This document shows, in pieces, positions 53,162 to 64,000 of a DNA stretch of 64,000 nt. The notes under the pieces are model-generated. The model was not told the DNA's origin and did not search any database. It saw nothing but the letters and a program-made list of their open reading frames with translations. Origin of the DNA: Eledone cirrhosa (taxonomy: Eukaryota); the NCBI GenBank assembly GCA_964016885.1, contig OZ024744.1, forward strand, positions 6,572,001-6,636,000, written 5' to 3'. Made by a program: the position numbers and the translations under genes. Position 1 is the first letter of the stretch. Each line of letters begins with the position of its first letter.

Positions 53162-56100
53162 GCGGTTATTTCTACTGCAGTATTGCACTGATGTAGATGT
53201 GGTGCACTAACGGTTATATATACTGCAGTATTGCACTGAGGTAGTTGTGGTGCACTAACGGTTATGTCTACTGCAATATTGCACTAGGTAGGTGTGGTGC
53301 AGTAACGATTATGTCTACTGCAGTATTGCACTGATGTAGGTGTGGTGCAGTAACAGTTATGTCTACTGCAGTATTGCACTGAGGTAGGTGTGGTGCAGTA
53401 TCGGTTATGTCTACTGCAGTATTGCACTGATGTAGGTGTGGTGCAGTACCAGTTATGTCTACTGAAGTATTGCACTGATGTAGGTGTGGTGCAGTAACGG
53501 TTATTTCTACTGCAATATTGCACTGATGTAGGTGTGGTGGCGTAACGGTTATGTCTACTGCAGTATTGCACTGAGGTAGGTGTGGTGCACTAACGATTAT
53601 GTCGACTGCAGTATTGCACTGATGTAGGTGTGGTGCAGTAACGGTTATGTCTACTGCAGTATTGAACTGATGTAGGTGTGGTGCAGTAACGATTATGTCC
53701 ACTGCAGTATTGCACTGATGTAGGTGTGGTGCAGAAGAGGTTATGTCTACTGCAGTATTGCACTGATGTAGGTATGGTGCAGTAACGGTTATGTCTACTG
53801 TAGTATTGCACTGATGTAGGTGTGATGCAGTAACGGATATGTCTACTGCAGTATTGCACTGAGATAGGTGTGGTGCAGTAACGGTTATGTCTACTGCAGT
53901 ATTTCACTGATGTAGGTGTGGTGCAGTAACGGTTAAGTCTACTGCAGTATTGCACTGAAGTAAGTGTGGTGCAGTAACGGTTATGTCTACTGCAGTATTG
54001 CACTGATGTAGGTGTGGTGCAGTAACAGTTATGTCTACTGCAGTATTGCACTGATGTAGGTGTGGTGCTGTAAAGGTTATGTCTATTGCACTATTGCACT
54101 GATGTAGGTGTGGTGCAGTAACGGTTATGTCTACTGCATTATTGCACTGACGTAGATGTGGTGCAGTAACGGTTATGTCTACTGCAGTATTGCACTGAGA
54201 TAGGTGTGGTACAGTAACGGTTATTTCTACTGCAGTATTGCACTGATGTAGATGTGGTGCATTAACGGTTATGTCTACTGCAGTATTGCACTGATGTAGG
54301 TGTGGTGCAGTACCAGTTATGTCTACTGAAGTATTGCACTGATGTAGGTGTGGTGCAGTAACGGTTATTTCTACTGCAGTATTGCACTGATGTAGGTGTG
54401 GTGCCGTAACGGTTATGTCTACTGCAGTATTGCACTGAGGTAGGTGTGGTGCAGTAACGATTATGTCGACTGCAGTATTGCACTGATGTTGGTGTGGTGC
54501 AGTAACGATTATGTCTACTGCAGTATTGCACTGATGTAGGTGTGGTGCAGTAACGGTTATGTCTACTGCAGTATTGCACTGATGTAGGTGTGGTGCAGTA
54601 ACGGTTATGTCTACTGCAGTATTCCATTGATGTAGGTGTGATGCAGTAACGGTTATGTCTACTGCAGTATTGCACTGATGTAGGTGTGGTGAAGTAGCGG
54701 TTATTTCTACAGCAGTATTGCACTGATGTAGATGTGGTGCACTAACGGTTATGTCTACTGCAGTGTTGCACTGAGGTAGTTGTGGTGCAGTAACGGTTAT
54801 GTCTACTGCAATATTGCAGTAGGTAGGTGTGGTGCAGTAACGATTATGTCTACTGCAGTATAGCACTGATGTAGGTGTGGTGCAGTAACGGTTATTCTAC
54901 TGCAGTATTGCACTGATGTAGGTGTGGTGCAGTAACGGTCATTTCTACTGCAGTATTGCACTGATGTAGGTGTGGTGCAGTAACGGTTATGTCTACTGCA
55001 GTATTGCACTGATGTAGGTGTGGTGCAGTAACGGTTATGTCTACTGCATTATTGCACTGATGTAGGTATGGTGCAGTAACGGTTATGTCTACTGGAGTAT
55101 TACACTGATGTAGGTGTGGAGTAGTAACGGTTATGTCTATTGCAGTATTGCACTGATGTAGGTGTAGTGCAGTAACGGCTATGTCTACTGCAGTATTGCA
55201 CTGATGTAGGTGTGGTGCTGTAACGGTTATGTCTATTGCAGTATTACACTGAGGTAGGTGTGGTGCAGTATCGGTTATGTCTACTGCAGTATTGCACTGA
55301 TGTAGGTGTGGTGCAGTAACGGTTATGTCTACTGCATTATTGCACTGATGTAGGTGTGGTGCAGTAACGGTTATGTCTACTGCAGTATTACACTGATGTA
55401 GGTGTGGTGCAGTAACGGTTATGTCTACTGCAGTATTGCACTGATGTAGGTGCAGTGCAGTAACGGTTATGTCTACTGCAGTATTGCACTGATGTAGGTG
55501 TGGTGCTGTAACGGTTATGTCTATTGCAGTATTGCACTGAGGTAGGTGTGGTGCAGTAACGGTTATGTCTACTGCAGTATTGCACTGATGTAGCTATGGT
55601 GCAGTAACGGTTATGTCAACTGCATTATTGCACTGATGTAGGTGTGGTGCAGTAACGGTTATGTCTAGTGCAGTATTGCACTGATGTAGGTGTGATGCAG
55701 TAACGGATATGTCTACTGCAGTATTGCACTGAGAAAGGTGTGGTGCAGTAACGGTTATGTCTACTGCAGTATTTCACTGATGTAGGTGTGGTGCAGTAAC
55801 GGTTAAGTCTACTGCAGTATTGCACTGAAGTAAGTGTGGTGCAGTAACGGTTATGTCTACTGCAGTATTGCACTGATGTAGGTGTGGTGCAGTAACACTT
55901 ATGTCTACTGCAGTATTGCACTGATGTAGGTGTGGTGCTGTAAAGGTTATGTCTATTGCAGTATTGCACTGATGTAGGTGTGGTGTAGTAACGGTTATGT
56001 CTACTGCATTATTGCACTGATGTAGATGTGGTGCAGTAACGGTTATGTCTACTGCAGTATTGCACTGAGATAGGTGTGGTGCATTAACGGTTATGTCTAC

Positions 56101-56362
56101 TGCAGTATTGCACTGATGTAGGTGTGGTGCAGTAACAGTTATGTCTACTGAAGTATTGCACTGATGTAGATGTGGTGCACTAACGGTTATATATACTGCA
56201 GTATTGCACTGAGGTAGTTGTGGTGCAGTGACGGTTATGTCTATTGCAGTATTGCACTGAGGTAGGTGTGGTGCAGTAACGGTTATTTCTGCTGCAGTAT
56301 TGCACTGAGGTAGGTGTGGTGCAGTAACGGTTATGTCTACTGCAGTATTGCACTGAGGTAAA

Positions 56363-59300
56363 TGTGGTGCAGTAACGGTTATGTCTACTGCATTATTGTA
56401 CTGATGTAGGTGTGGTGCAGTAACGGTTATGTCTACTGCAGTATTGCACTTAGGTAGGTGTGGTGCAGTAACAGTTATGTCTACTGCAGTATTGCACTTA
56501 GGTAGGTGTGGTGCAGTAACGGTTATGTCTACTGCAGTATTGCACTGATGTAGGTGTGGTGCAGTAACGGATATTTCTACTGCAGTATTGCACTTAGGTA
56601 GGTGTGGTGCAGTAACGGTTATGTCAACTGCAGTATTGCACTGATGTAGGAGTGGTGCAGTAACGGTTATGTCTACTGCAGTATTGCACTGAGTTAGGTG
56701 TGGTGCAGTAACGATTATGTCGACTGCAGTATTACACTGATGTAGGTGTGGTGCAGCAACGGTTATGTCTACTGCAGTATTGCACTGATGTAGGTGTAGT
56801 GCAGTAACGGTTATGTCTACTGCAGTATTGCACTGATGTAGGTGTGGTGCTGTAACGGTTATGTCTATTGCAGTATTGCACTGAGGTAGGTGTGGTGCAG
56901 TAACGGTTATGACTACTGCAGTATTGCACTGATGTAGGTATGGTGCAGTAACGGTTATGTCTACTGCAGTATTGCACTGATGTAGGTGTGGTGCAGTAAC
57001 GGTTATGTCTACTGCTGTATTGCACTGATGTAGGTGTGGTGCAGTAACGGTTATGTCTACCGCATTATTGCACTGATGTAGGTGTGTTGCAGTAACGGTT
57101 ATGTCTAGTGCAGTATTGCACTGAGGTAGGTGTTGTGCAGTAACGGTTATTTCTACTGCAGTATTGCACTGATGTAGGTGTGGTGCAGTAACGGTTATGT
57201 CTACTGTAGTATTGCACTGAGGTAGGTGTGGTGCAGTAACGGTTATGTCTACTGCAGTAGTGCACTGATGTAGGTGTGGTGCAGTAACGGTTATGTCTAC
57301 TGCAATATTGCACTGATGTAGGTGTGGTGCAGTACGGTTAAATCTACTGCAGTATTGCACTGATGTAGGTGTGGTGCAGTAGCGGTTATTTCTACTGCAG
57401 TATTGCACTGATGTAGATGTGGTGCACTAACGGTTATGTCTACTGCAGTATTGCACTGATGTAGGTGTGGTGCAGTAACGGTTATGTATACTGCAATATT
57501 GCACTAGGTAGGTGTGGTGCAGTAACGGTTATGTCTACTGTAGTATTGCACTGATGTAGGTGTGACGCAGTAACGGATATGTCTACTGCAGTATTGCACT
57601 GAGATAGGTGTGGTGCAGTAACGGTTATGTCTACTGCAGTATTTCACTGAAGTAGGTGTGGTGCAGTAACGGTTAAGTCTACAGCAGTATTGCACTGAAG
57701 TAAGTGTGGTGCAATAACGGTTATGTCTACTGCAGTATTGCACTGATATAGGTGTGGTGCAGCAACAGTTATGTCTACTGCAGTATTGCACTGATGTAGG
57801 TGTGTTGCTGTAAAGGTTATGTCTATTGCAGTATTGCACTGATGTAGGTGTGGTGCAGTAACGGTTATGTCTACTGCATCATTGCACTGATGTAGATGTG
57901 GTGCAGTAACGTTTATGTTTACTGCAGTATTGCACTGAGATAGGTGTGGTACAGTAACGGTTATTTATACTGCAGTATTGCACTGATGTAGATGTGGTGC
58001 AGTAACGGTTATGTCTACTGTAGTATTGCACTGAGGTAGGTGTGGTGCAGTAACGGTTATGTCTACTGCAGTATTGCACTGATGTAGGTGTGGTGCAGTA
58101 ACGGTTATGTCTACTGCTGTATTGCACTGATGTAGGTGTGGTGCAGTAACGGTTATGTCTACCGCATTATTGCACTGATGTAGGTGTGTTGCAGTAACGG
58201 TTATGTCTAGTGCAGTATTGCACTGAGGTAGGTGTTGTGCAGTAACGGTTATTTCTACTGCAGTATTGCACTGATGTAGGTGTGGTGCAGTAACGGTTAT
58301 GTCTACTGTAGTATTGCACTGAGGTAGGTGTGGTGCAGTAACGGTTATGTCTACTGCAGTAGTGCACTGATGTAGGTGTGGTGCAGTAACGGTTATGTCT
58401 ACTGCAATATTGCACTGATGTAGGTGTGGTGCAGTACGGTTAAATCTACTGCAGTATTGCACTGATGTAGGTGTGGTGCAGTAGCGGTTATTTCTACTGC
58501 AGTATTGCACTGATGTAGATGTGGTGCACTAACGGTTATGTCTACTGCAGTATTGCACTGATGTAGGTGTGGTGCAGTAACGGTTATGTATACTGCAATA
58601 TTGCACTAGGTAGGTGTGGTGCAGTAACGGTTATGTCTACTGTAGTATTGCACTGATGTAGGTGTGACGCAGTAACGGATATGTCTACTGCAGTATTGCA
58701 CTGAGATAGGTGTGGTGCAGTAACGGTTATGTCTAGTGCAGTATTTCACTGAAGTAGGTGTGGTGCAGTAACGGTTAAGTCTACAGCAGTATTGCACTGA
58801 AGTAAGTGTGGTGCAGTAACGGTTATGTCTACTGCAGTATTGCACTGATATAGGTGTGGTGCAGCAACAGTTATGTCTACTGCAGTATTGCACTGATGTA
58901 GGTGTGGTGCTGTAAAGGTTATGTCTATTGCAGTATTGCACTGATGTAGGTGTGGTGCAGTAACGGTTATGTCTACTGCATCATTGCACTGATGTAGATG
59001 TGGTGCAGTAACGGTTATGTTTACTGCAGTATTGCACTGAGATAGGTGTGGTACAGTAACGGTTATTTATACTGCAGTATTGCACTGATGTAGATGTGGT
59101 GCAGTAACGGTTATGTCTACTGTAGTATTGCACTGAGGTAGGTGTGGTGCAGTAACGGTTATGTCTACGGCAGTATTGCACTGATGTAGGTGTGGTGCAG
59201 TAACGGTTATGTCTACTGCAGTATTGCACTGAGGTAGGTGTGGTGCAGTAACGGTTATGTCTACTGCAATATTGCACTGATGTAGGTGTGGTGCAGTAAC

Positions 59301-62240
59301 GGTTATGTCTACTGCATTATTGTACTGATGTAGGTGTGGTGCAGTAACGGTTATGTCTACTGCAGTATTGCACTTAGGTAGGTGTGGTGCAGTAACAGTT
59401 ATGTCTACTGCAGTATTGCACTTAGGTAGGTGTGGTGCAGTAACGGTTATGTCTACTGCAGTATTGCACTGATGTAGGTGTGGTGCAGTAACGGATATTT
59501 CTACTGCAGTATTGCACTTAGGTAGGTGTGGTGCAGTAACGGTTATGTCAACTGCAGTATTGCACTGATGTAGGAGTGGTGCAGTAACGGTTATGTCTAC
59601 TGCAGTATTGCACTGAGTTAGGTGTGGTGCAGTAACGATTATGTCGACTGCAGTATTACACTGATGTAGGTGTGGTGCAGCAACGGTTATGTCTACTGCA
59701 GTATTGCACTGATGTAGGTGTAGTGCAGTAACGGTTATGTCTACTGCAGTATTGCACTGATGTAGGTGTGGTGCTGTAACGGTTATGTCTATTGCAGTAT
59801 TGCACTGAGGTAGGTGTGGTGCAGTAACGGTTATGTCTACTGCAGTATTGCACTGATGTAGGTATGGTGCAGTAACGGTTATGTCTACTGCAGTATTGCA
59901 CTGATGTAGGTGTGGTGCAGTAACGGTTATGTCTACTGCTGTATTGCACTGATGTAGGTGTGGTGCAGTAACGGTTATGTCTACCGCATTATTGCACTGA
60001 TGTAGGTGTGTTGCAGTAACGGTTATGTCTAGTGCAGTATTGCACTGAGGTAGGTGTTGTGCAGTAACGGTTATTTCTACTGCAGTATTGCACTGATGTA
60101 GGTGTGGTGCAGTAACGGTTATGTCTACTGTAGTATTGCACTGAGGTAGGTGTGGTGCAGTAACGGTTATGTCTACTGCAGTAGTGCACTGATGTAGGTG
60201 TGGTGCAGTAACGGTTATGTCTACTGCAATATTGCACTGATGTAGGTGTGGTGCAGTACGGTTAAATCTACTGCAGTATTGCACTGATGTAGGTGTGGTG
60301 CAGTAGCGGTTATTTCTACTGCAGTATTGCACTGATGTAGATGTGGTGCACTAACGGTTATGTCTACTGCAGTATTGCACTGATGTAGGTGTGGTGCAGT
60401 AACGGTTATGTATACTGCAATATTGCACTAGGTAGGTGTGGTGCAGTAACGGTTATGTCTACTGTAGTATTGCACTGATGTAGGTGTGACGCAGTAACGG
60501 ATATGTCTACTGCAGTATTGCACTGAGATAGGTGTGGTGCAGTAACGGTTATGTCTACTGCAGTATTTCACTGAAGTAGGTGTGGTGCAGTAACGGTTAA
60601 GTCTACAGCAGTATTGCACTGAAGTAAGTGTGGTGCAGTAACGGTTATGTCTACTGCAGTATTGCACTGATATAGGTGTGGTGCAGCAACAGTTATGTCT
60701 ACTGCAGTATTGCACTGATGTAGGTGTGTTGCTGTAAAGGTTATGTCTATTGCAGTATTGCACTGATGTAGGTGTGGTGCAGTAACGGTTATGTCTACTG
60801 CATCATTGCACTGATGTAGATGTGGTGCAGTAACGTTTATGTTTACTGCAGTATTGCACTGAGATAGGTGTGGTACAGTAACGGTTATTTATACTGCAGT
60901 ATTGCACTGATGTAGATGTGGTGCAGTAACGGTTATGTCTACTGTAGTATTGCACTGAGGTAGGTGTGGTGCAGTAACGGTTATGTCTACTGCAGTATTG
61001 CACTGATGTAGGTGTGGTGCAGTAACGGTTATGTCTACTGCTGTATTGCACTGATGTAGGTGTGGTGCAGTAACGGTTATGTCTACTGCATTATTGCACT
61101 GATGTAGGTGTGTTGCAGTAACGGTTATGTCTAGTGCAGTATTGCACTGAGGTAGGTGTTGTGCAGTAACGGTTATTTCTACTGCAGTATTGCACTGATG
61201 TAGGTGTGGTGCAGTAACGGTTATGTCTACTGTAGTATTGCACTGAGGTAGGTGTGGTGCAGTAACGGTTATGTCTACTGCAGTAGTGCACTGATGTAGG
61301 TGTGGTGCAGTAACGGTTATGTCTACTGCAATATTGCACTGATGTAGGTGTGGTGCAGTACGGTTAAATCTACTGCAGTATTGCACTGATGTAGGTGTGG
61401 TGCAGTAGCGGTTATTTCTACTGCAGTATTGCACTGATGTAGATGTGGTGCACTAACGGTTATGTCTACTGCAGTATTGCACTGATGTAGGTGTGGTGCA
61501 GTAACGGTTATGTATACTGCAATATTGCACTAGGTAGGTGTGGTGCAGTAACGGTTATGTCTACTGTAGTATTGCACTGATGTAGGTGTGACGCAGTAAC
61601 GGATATGTCTACTGCAGTATTGCACTGAGATAGGTGTGGTGCAGTAACGGTTATGTCTAGTGCAGTATTTCACTGAAGTAGGTGTGGTGCAGTAACGGTT
61701 AAGTCTACAGCAGTATTGCACTGAAGTAAGTGTGGTGCAGTAACGGTTATGTCTACTGCAGTATTGCACTGATATAGGTGTGGTGCAGCAACAGTTATGT
61801 CTACTGCAGTATTGCACTGATGTAGGTGTGGTGCTGTAAAGGTTATGTCTATTGCAGTATTGCACTGATGTAGGTGTGGTGCAGTAACGGTTATGTCTAC
61901 TGCATCATTGCACTGATGTAGATGTGGTGCAGTAACGGTTATGTTTACTGCAGTATTGCACTGAGATAGGTGTGGTACAGTAACGGTTATTTATACTGCA
62001 GTATTGCACTGATGTAGATGTGGTGCAGTAACGGTTATGTCTACTGTAGTATTGCACTGAGGTAGGTGTGGTGCAGTAACGGTTATGTCTACGGCAGTAT
62101 TGCACTGATGTAGGTGTGGTGCAGTAACGGTTATGTCTACTGCAGTATTGCACTGAGGTAGGTGTGGTGCAGTAACGGTTATGTCTACTGCAATATTGCA
62201 CTGATGTAGGTGTGGTGCAGTAACGGTTATGTCTACTGCA
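56363..62240 (+). repeat. Tandem duplication, period 2924 bp (61 monomers - 4 bp)
   Basis: ORF pairs 56732/59656, 57065/59989, 57504/60428, 57965/60889 and 58606/61530 are offset by 2924. Confidence 0.92.
56941..59168 (+). repeat. Tandem duplication, period 1102 bp (23 monomers - 2 bp), nested inside the 2924-bp unit
   Basis: ORF pairs 57065/58167, 57504/58606 and 57879/58981 are offset by 1102, and the same offset recurs at 59989/61091 and 60428/61530. Confidence 0.9.
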
Positions 62241-64000
62241 GTATTGCACTGATGTAGGTGTGGTGCAGTAACGGTTATGTCTACTGCAGTATTGCACTGA
62301 TGTAGGTGTGGTGCAGTAACAGTTATGTCTACTGCAGTATTGCACTGAGGTAGGTGTGGTGCAGTATCGGTTATGTCTACTGCAGTATTGCACTGATGTA
62401 GTTGTGGTGCAGTACCGGTTATGTCTACTGAAGTATTGCACTGATGTAGGTGTGGTGCAGTAACGGTTTTTTCTACTGCAGTATTGCACTGATGTAGGTG
62501 TGGTGCCGTAACGGTTATGTTTACTGCAGTATTGCACTGATGTAGCTGTGGTGCAGTAACAGTTATGTCTACTGCAGTATTGCACTGATGTAGGTGTGGT
62601 GCTGTAAAGGTTATGTCTCTTGCAGTATTGCACTGAGTTAGGTGTGGTGCAGTAATGGTATGTCTACTGCAGTATTGCACTGATATAGGTGTGGTGCAGT
62701 AACGGTTATGTCTACTGCAGTATTGCACTGATGTAGGTGTGGTGCAGTAACGGTTATGTCTACTGCAGTATGGCACTGATGTAGGTGAGGTGCAGTACGG
62801 TTAAATCTACTGCAGTATTGCACTGATGTAGGTGTGGTGCAGTAGCGGTTATTTCAACTGCAGTATTGCACTGATGTAGATGTGGTGCACTAACGGTTAT
62901 ATATACTGCAGTATTGCACTGAGGTAGTTGTGGTGCAGTAACGGTTATGTCTACTGCAATATTGCACTAGGTAGGTGTGGTGCAGTAACGATTATGTCTA
63001 CTGCAGTATTGCACTGATGTAGGTGTGGTGCAGTAACAGTTATGTCTACTGCAGTATTGCACTGAGGTAGGTGTGGTGCAGTATCGGTTATGTCTACTGC
63101 AGTATTGCACTGATGTAGGTGTGGTGCAGTACCAGTTATGTCTACTGAAGTATTGTACTTATGTAGGTGTGGTGCAGTAACGGTTATTTCTACTGCAATA
63201 TTGCACTGATGTAGGTGTGGTGGCGTAACGGTTATGTCTACTGCAGTATTGCACTGAGGTAGGTGTGGTGCAGTAACGATTATGTCGACTGCAGTATTGC
63301 ACTGATGTAGGTGTGGTGCAGTAACGGTTATCTCTACTGCAGTATTGAACTGATGTAGTTGTGGTGCAGTAACGATTATGTCCACTGCAGTATTGCACTG
63401 ATGTAGGTGTGGTGCAGAAGAGGTTATGTCTACTGCAGTATTGCACTGATGTAGGTATGGTGCAGTAACGGTTATGTCTACTGTAGTATTGCACTGATGT
63501 AGGTGTGATGCAGTAACGGATATGTCTACTGCAGTATTGCACTGAGATAGGTGTGGTGCAGTAACGGTTATGTCTACTGCAGTATTTCACTGATGTAGGT
63601 GTGGTGCAGTAACGGTTAAGTCTACTGCAGTATTGCACTGAAGTAAGTGTGGTGCAGTAACGGTTATGTCTACTGCAGTATTGCACTGATGTAGGTGTGG
63701 TGCAGTAACAGTTATGTCTACTGCAGTATTGCACTGATGTAGGTGTGGTGCTGTAAAGGTTATGTCTATTGCACTATTGCACTGATGTAGGTGTGGTGCA
63801 GTAACGGTTATGTCTACTGTAGTATTGCACTGACGTAGATGTGGTGCAGTAACGGTTATGTCTACTGCAGTATTGCACTGAGATAGGTGTGGTACAGTAA
63901 CGGTTATTTCTACTGCAGTATTGCACTGATGTAGATGTGGTGCATTAACGGTTATGTCTACTGCAGTATTGCACTGATGTAGGTGTGGTGCAGTACCAGT

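Larger units (their letters stand above)
1..64000 (+). repeat. 48-bp tandem satellite array, about 1,330 monomers, running off both window ends
   Basis: The monomer GGTGTGGTGCAGTAACGGTTATGTCTACTGCAGTATTGCACTGATGTA recurs continuously, typically with only a few substitutions per copy. Occasional 47-, 46- or 42-bp deletion variants occur. I saw no inversion or foreign insert. The ORF track shows only 16-aa periodic peptides. Confidence 0.99.
53160..64000 (+). repeat. Distant copy of about 20750-27470, expanded by two internal duplications
   Basis: Offset 32410 for ORFs 20858/53268, 21852/54262, 22393/54803, 22978/55388, 24655/57065 and 25094/57504. The offset becomes 36436 (= 32410+1102+2924) at 25469/61905 and 36532 at 26419/62951. 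Confidence 0.87.

Noticed and set aside
78-63734. All ORFs in the supplied track as protein-coding genes
   Set aside because: They are periodic translations of the 48-bp repeat in two overlapping minus frames, mostly opened at GTG codons of the repeat. They are broken by recurrent frameshifts and stops and have no unique domains.
1-64000. CRISPR array (palindromic repeat of similar size)
   Set aside because: Monomers abut directly with no unique spacers, no leader and no cas genes.
1-64000. Giant repeat protein under an alternative genetic code (each plus frame has only one stop type)
   Set aside because: 1-bp deletions every 1-2 kb shift the frame into frames with a different stop codon, so no single reassignment keeps a long ORF open.
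1-64000. Ice-nucleation protein gene (48-bp/16-aa periodicity)
   Set aside because: No AGYGST-type consensus, no non-repetitive termini, frameshifted, and far too long.
1-64000. Diversity-generating or antigenic-variation cassette system, or information-encoding variant order
   Set aside because: Variant order is explained by ordinary duplication, deletion and conversion. There is no adenine-specific pattern, expression site, recombinase or reverse transcriptase in the window.
1-64000. A single fixed-period HOR across the window
   Set aside because: Offsets between marker cassettes vary (5561, 4555, 4027, 4411, 3163, 4603, 4027, 2063, 9683), so the structure is nested and irregular.

Overview
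The whole 64-kb window is one uninterrupted, head-to-tail tandem array of a 48-bp monomer, about 1,330 copies, all in the same orientation. The consensus is GGTGTGGTGCAGTAACGGTTATGTCTACTGCAGTATTGCACTGATGTA (exact copy at 2867-2914; 22/48 GC; 31/48 G+T on the + strand). I see no unique sequence, gene, RNA gene, transposon or CRISPR spacer. Every ORF in the track is a read-through of the repeat: 48 is a multiple of 3, and two minus-strand frames of the consensus lack stops. The informative signal is the order of the variant monomers. They act as barcodes and reveal a nested history of in-register duplications with offsets of 576, 1102, 1103, 2014, 2302/2350, 2924, 4411, 4593, 5561/4555/4027, 11745/16156/16204 and 32410 bp. 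There are also whole-monomer deletions, apparent conversion tracts and chimeric junction monomers. This looks like a eukaryotic-type satellite/macrosatellite with emerging higher-order structure; organism and function cannot be determined from the sequence. All comparisons were made by eye and from ORF-track offsets, so breakpoints are approximate.
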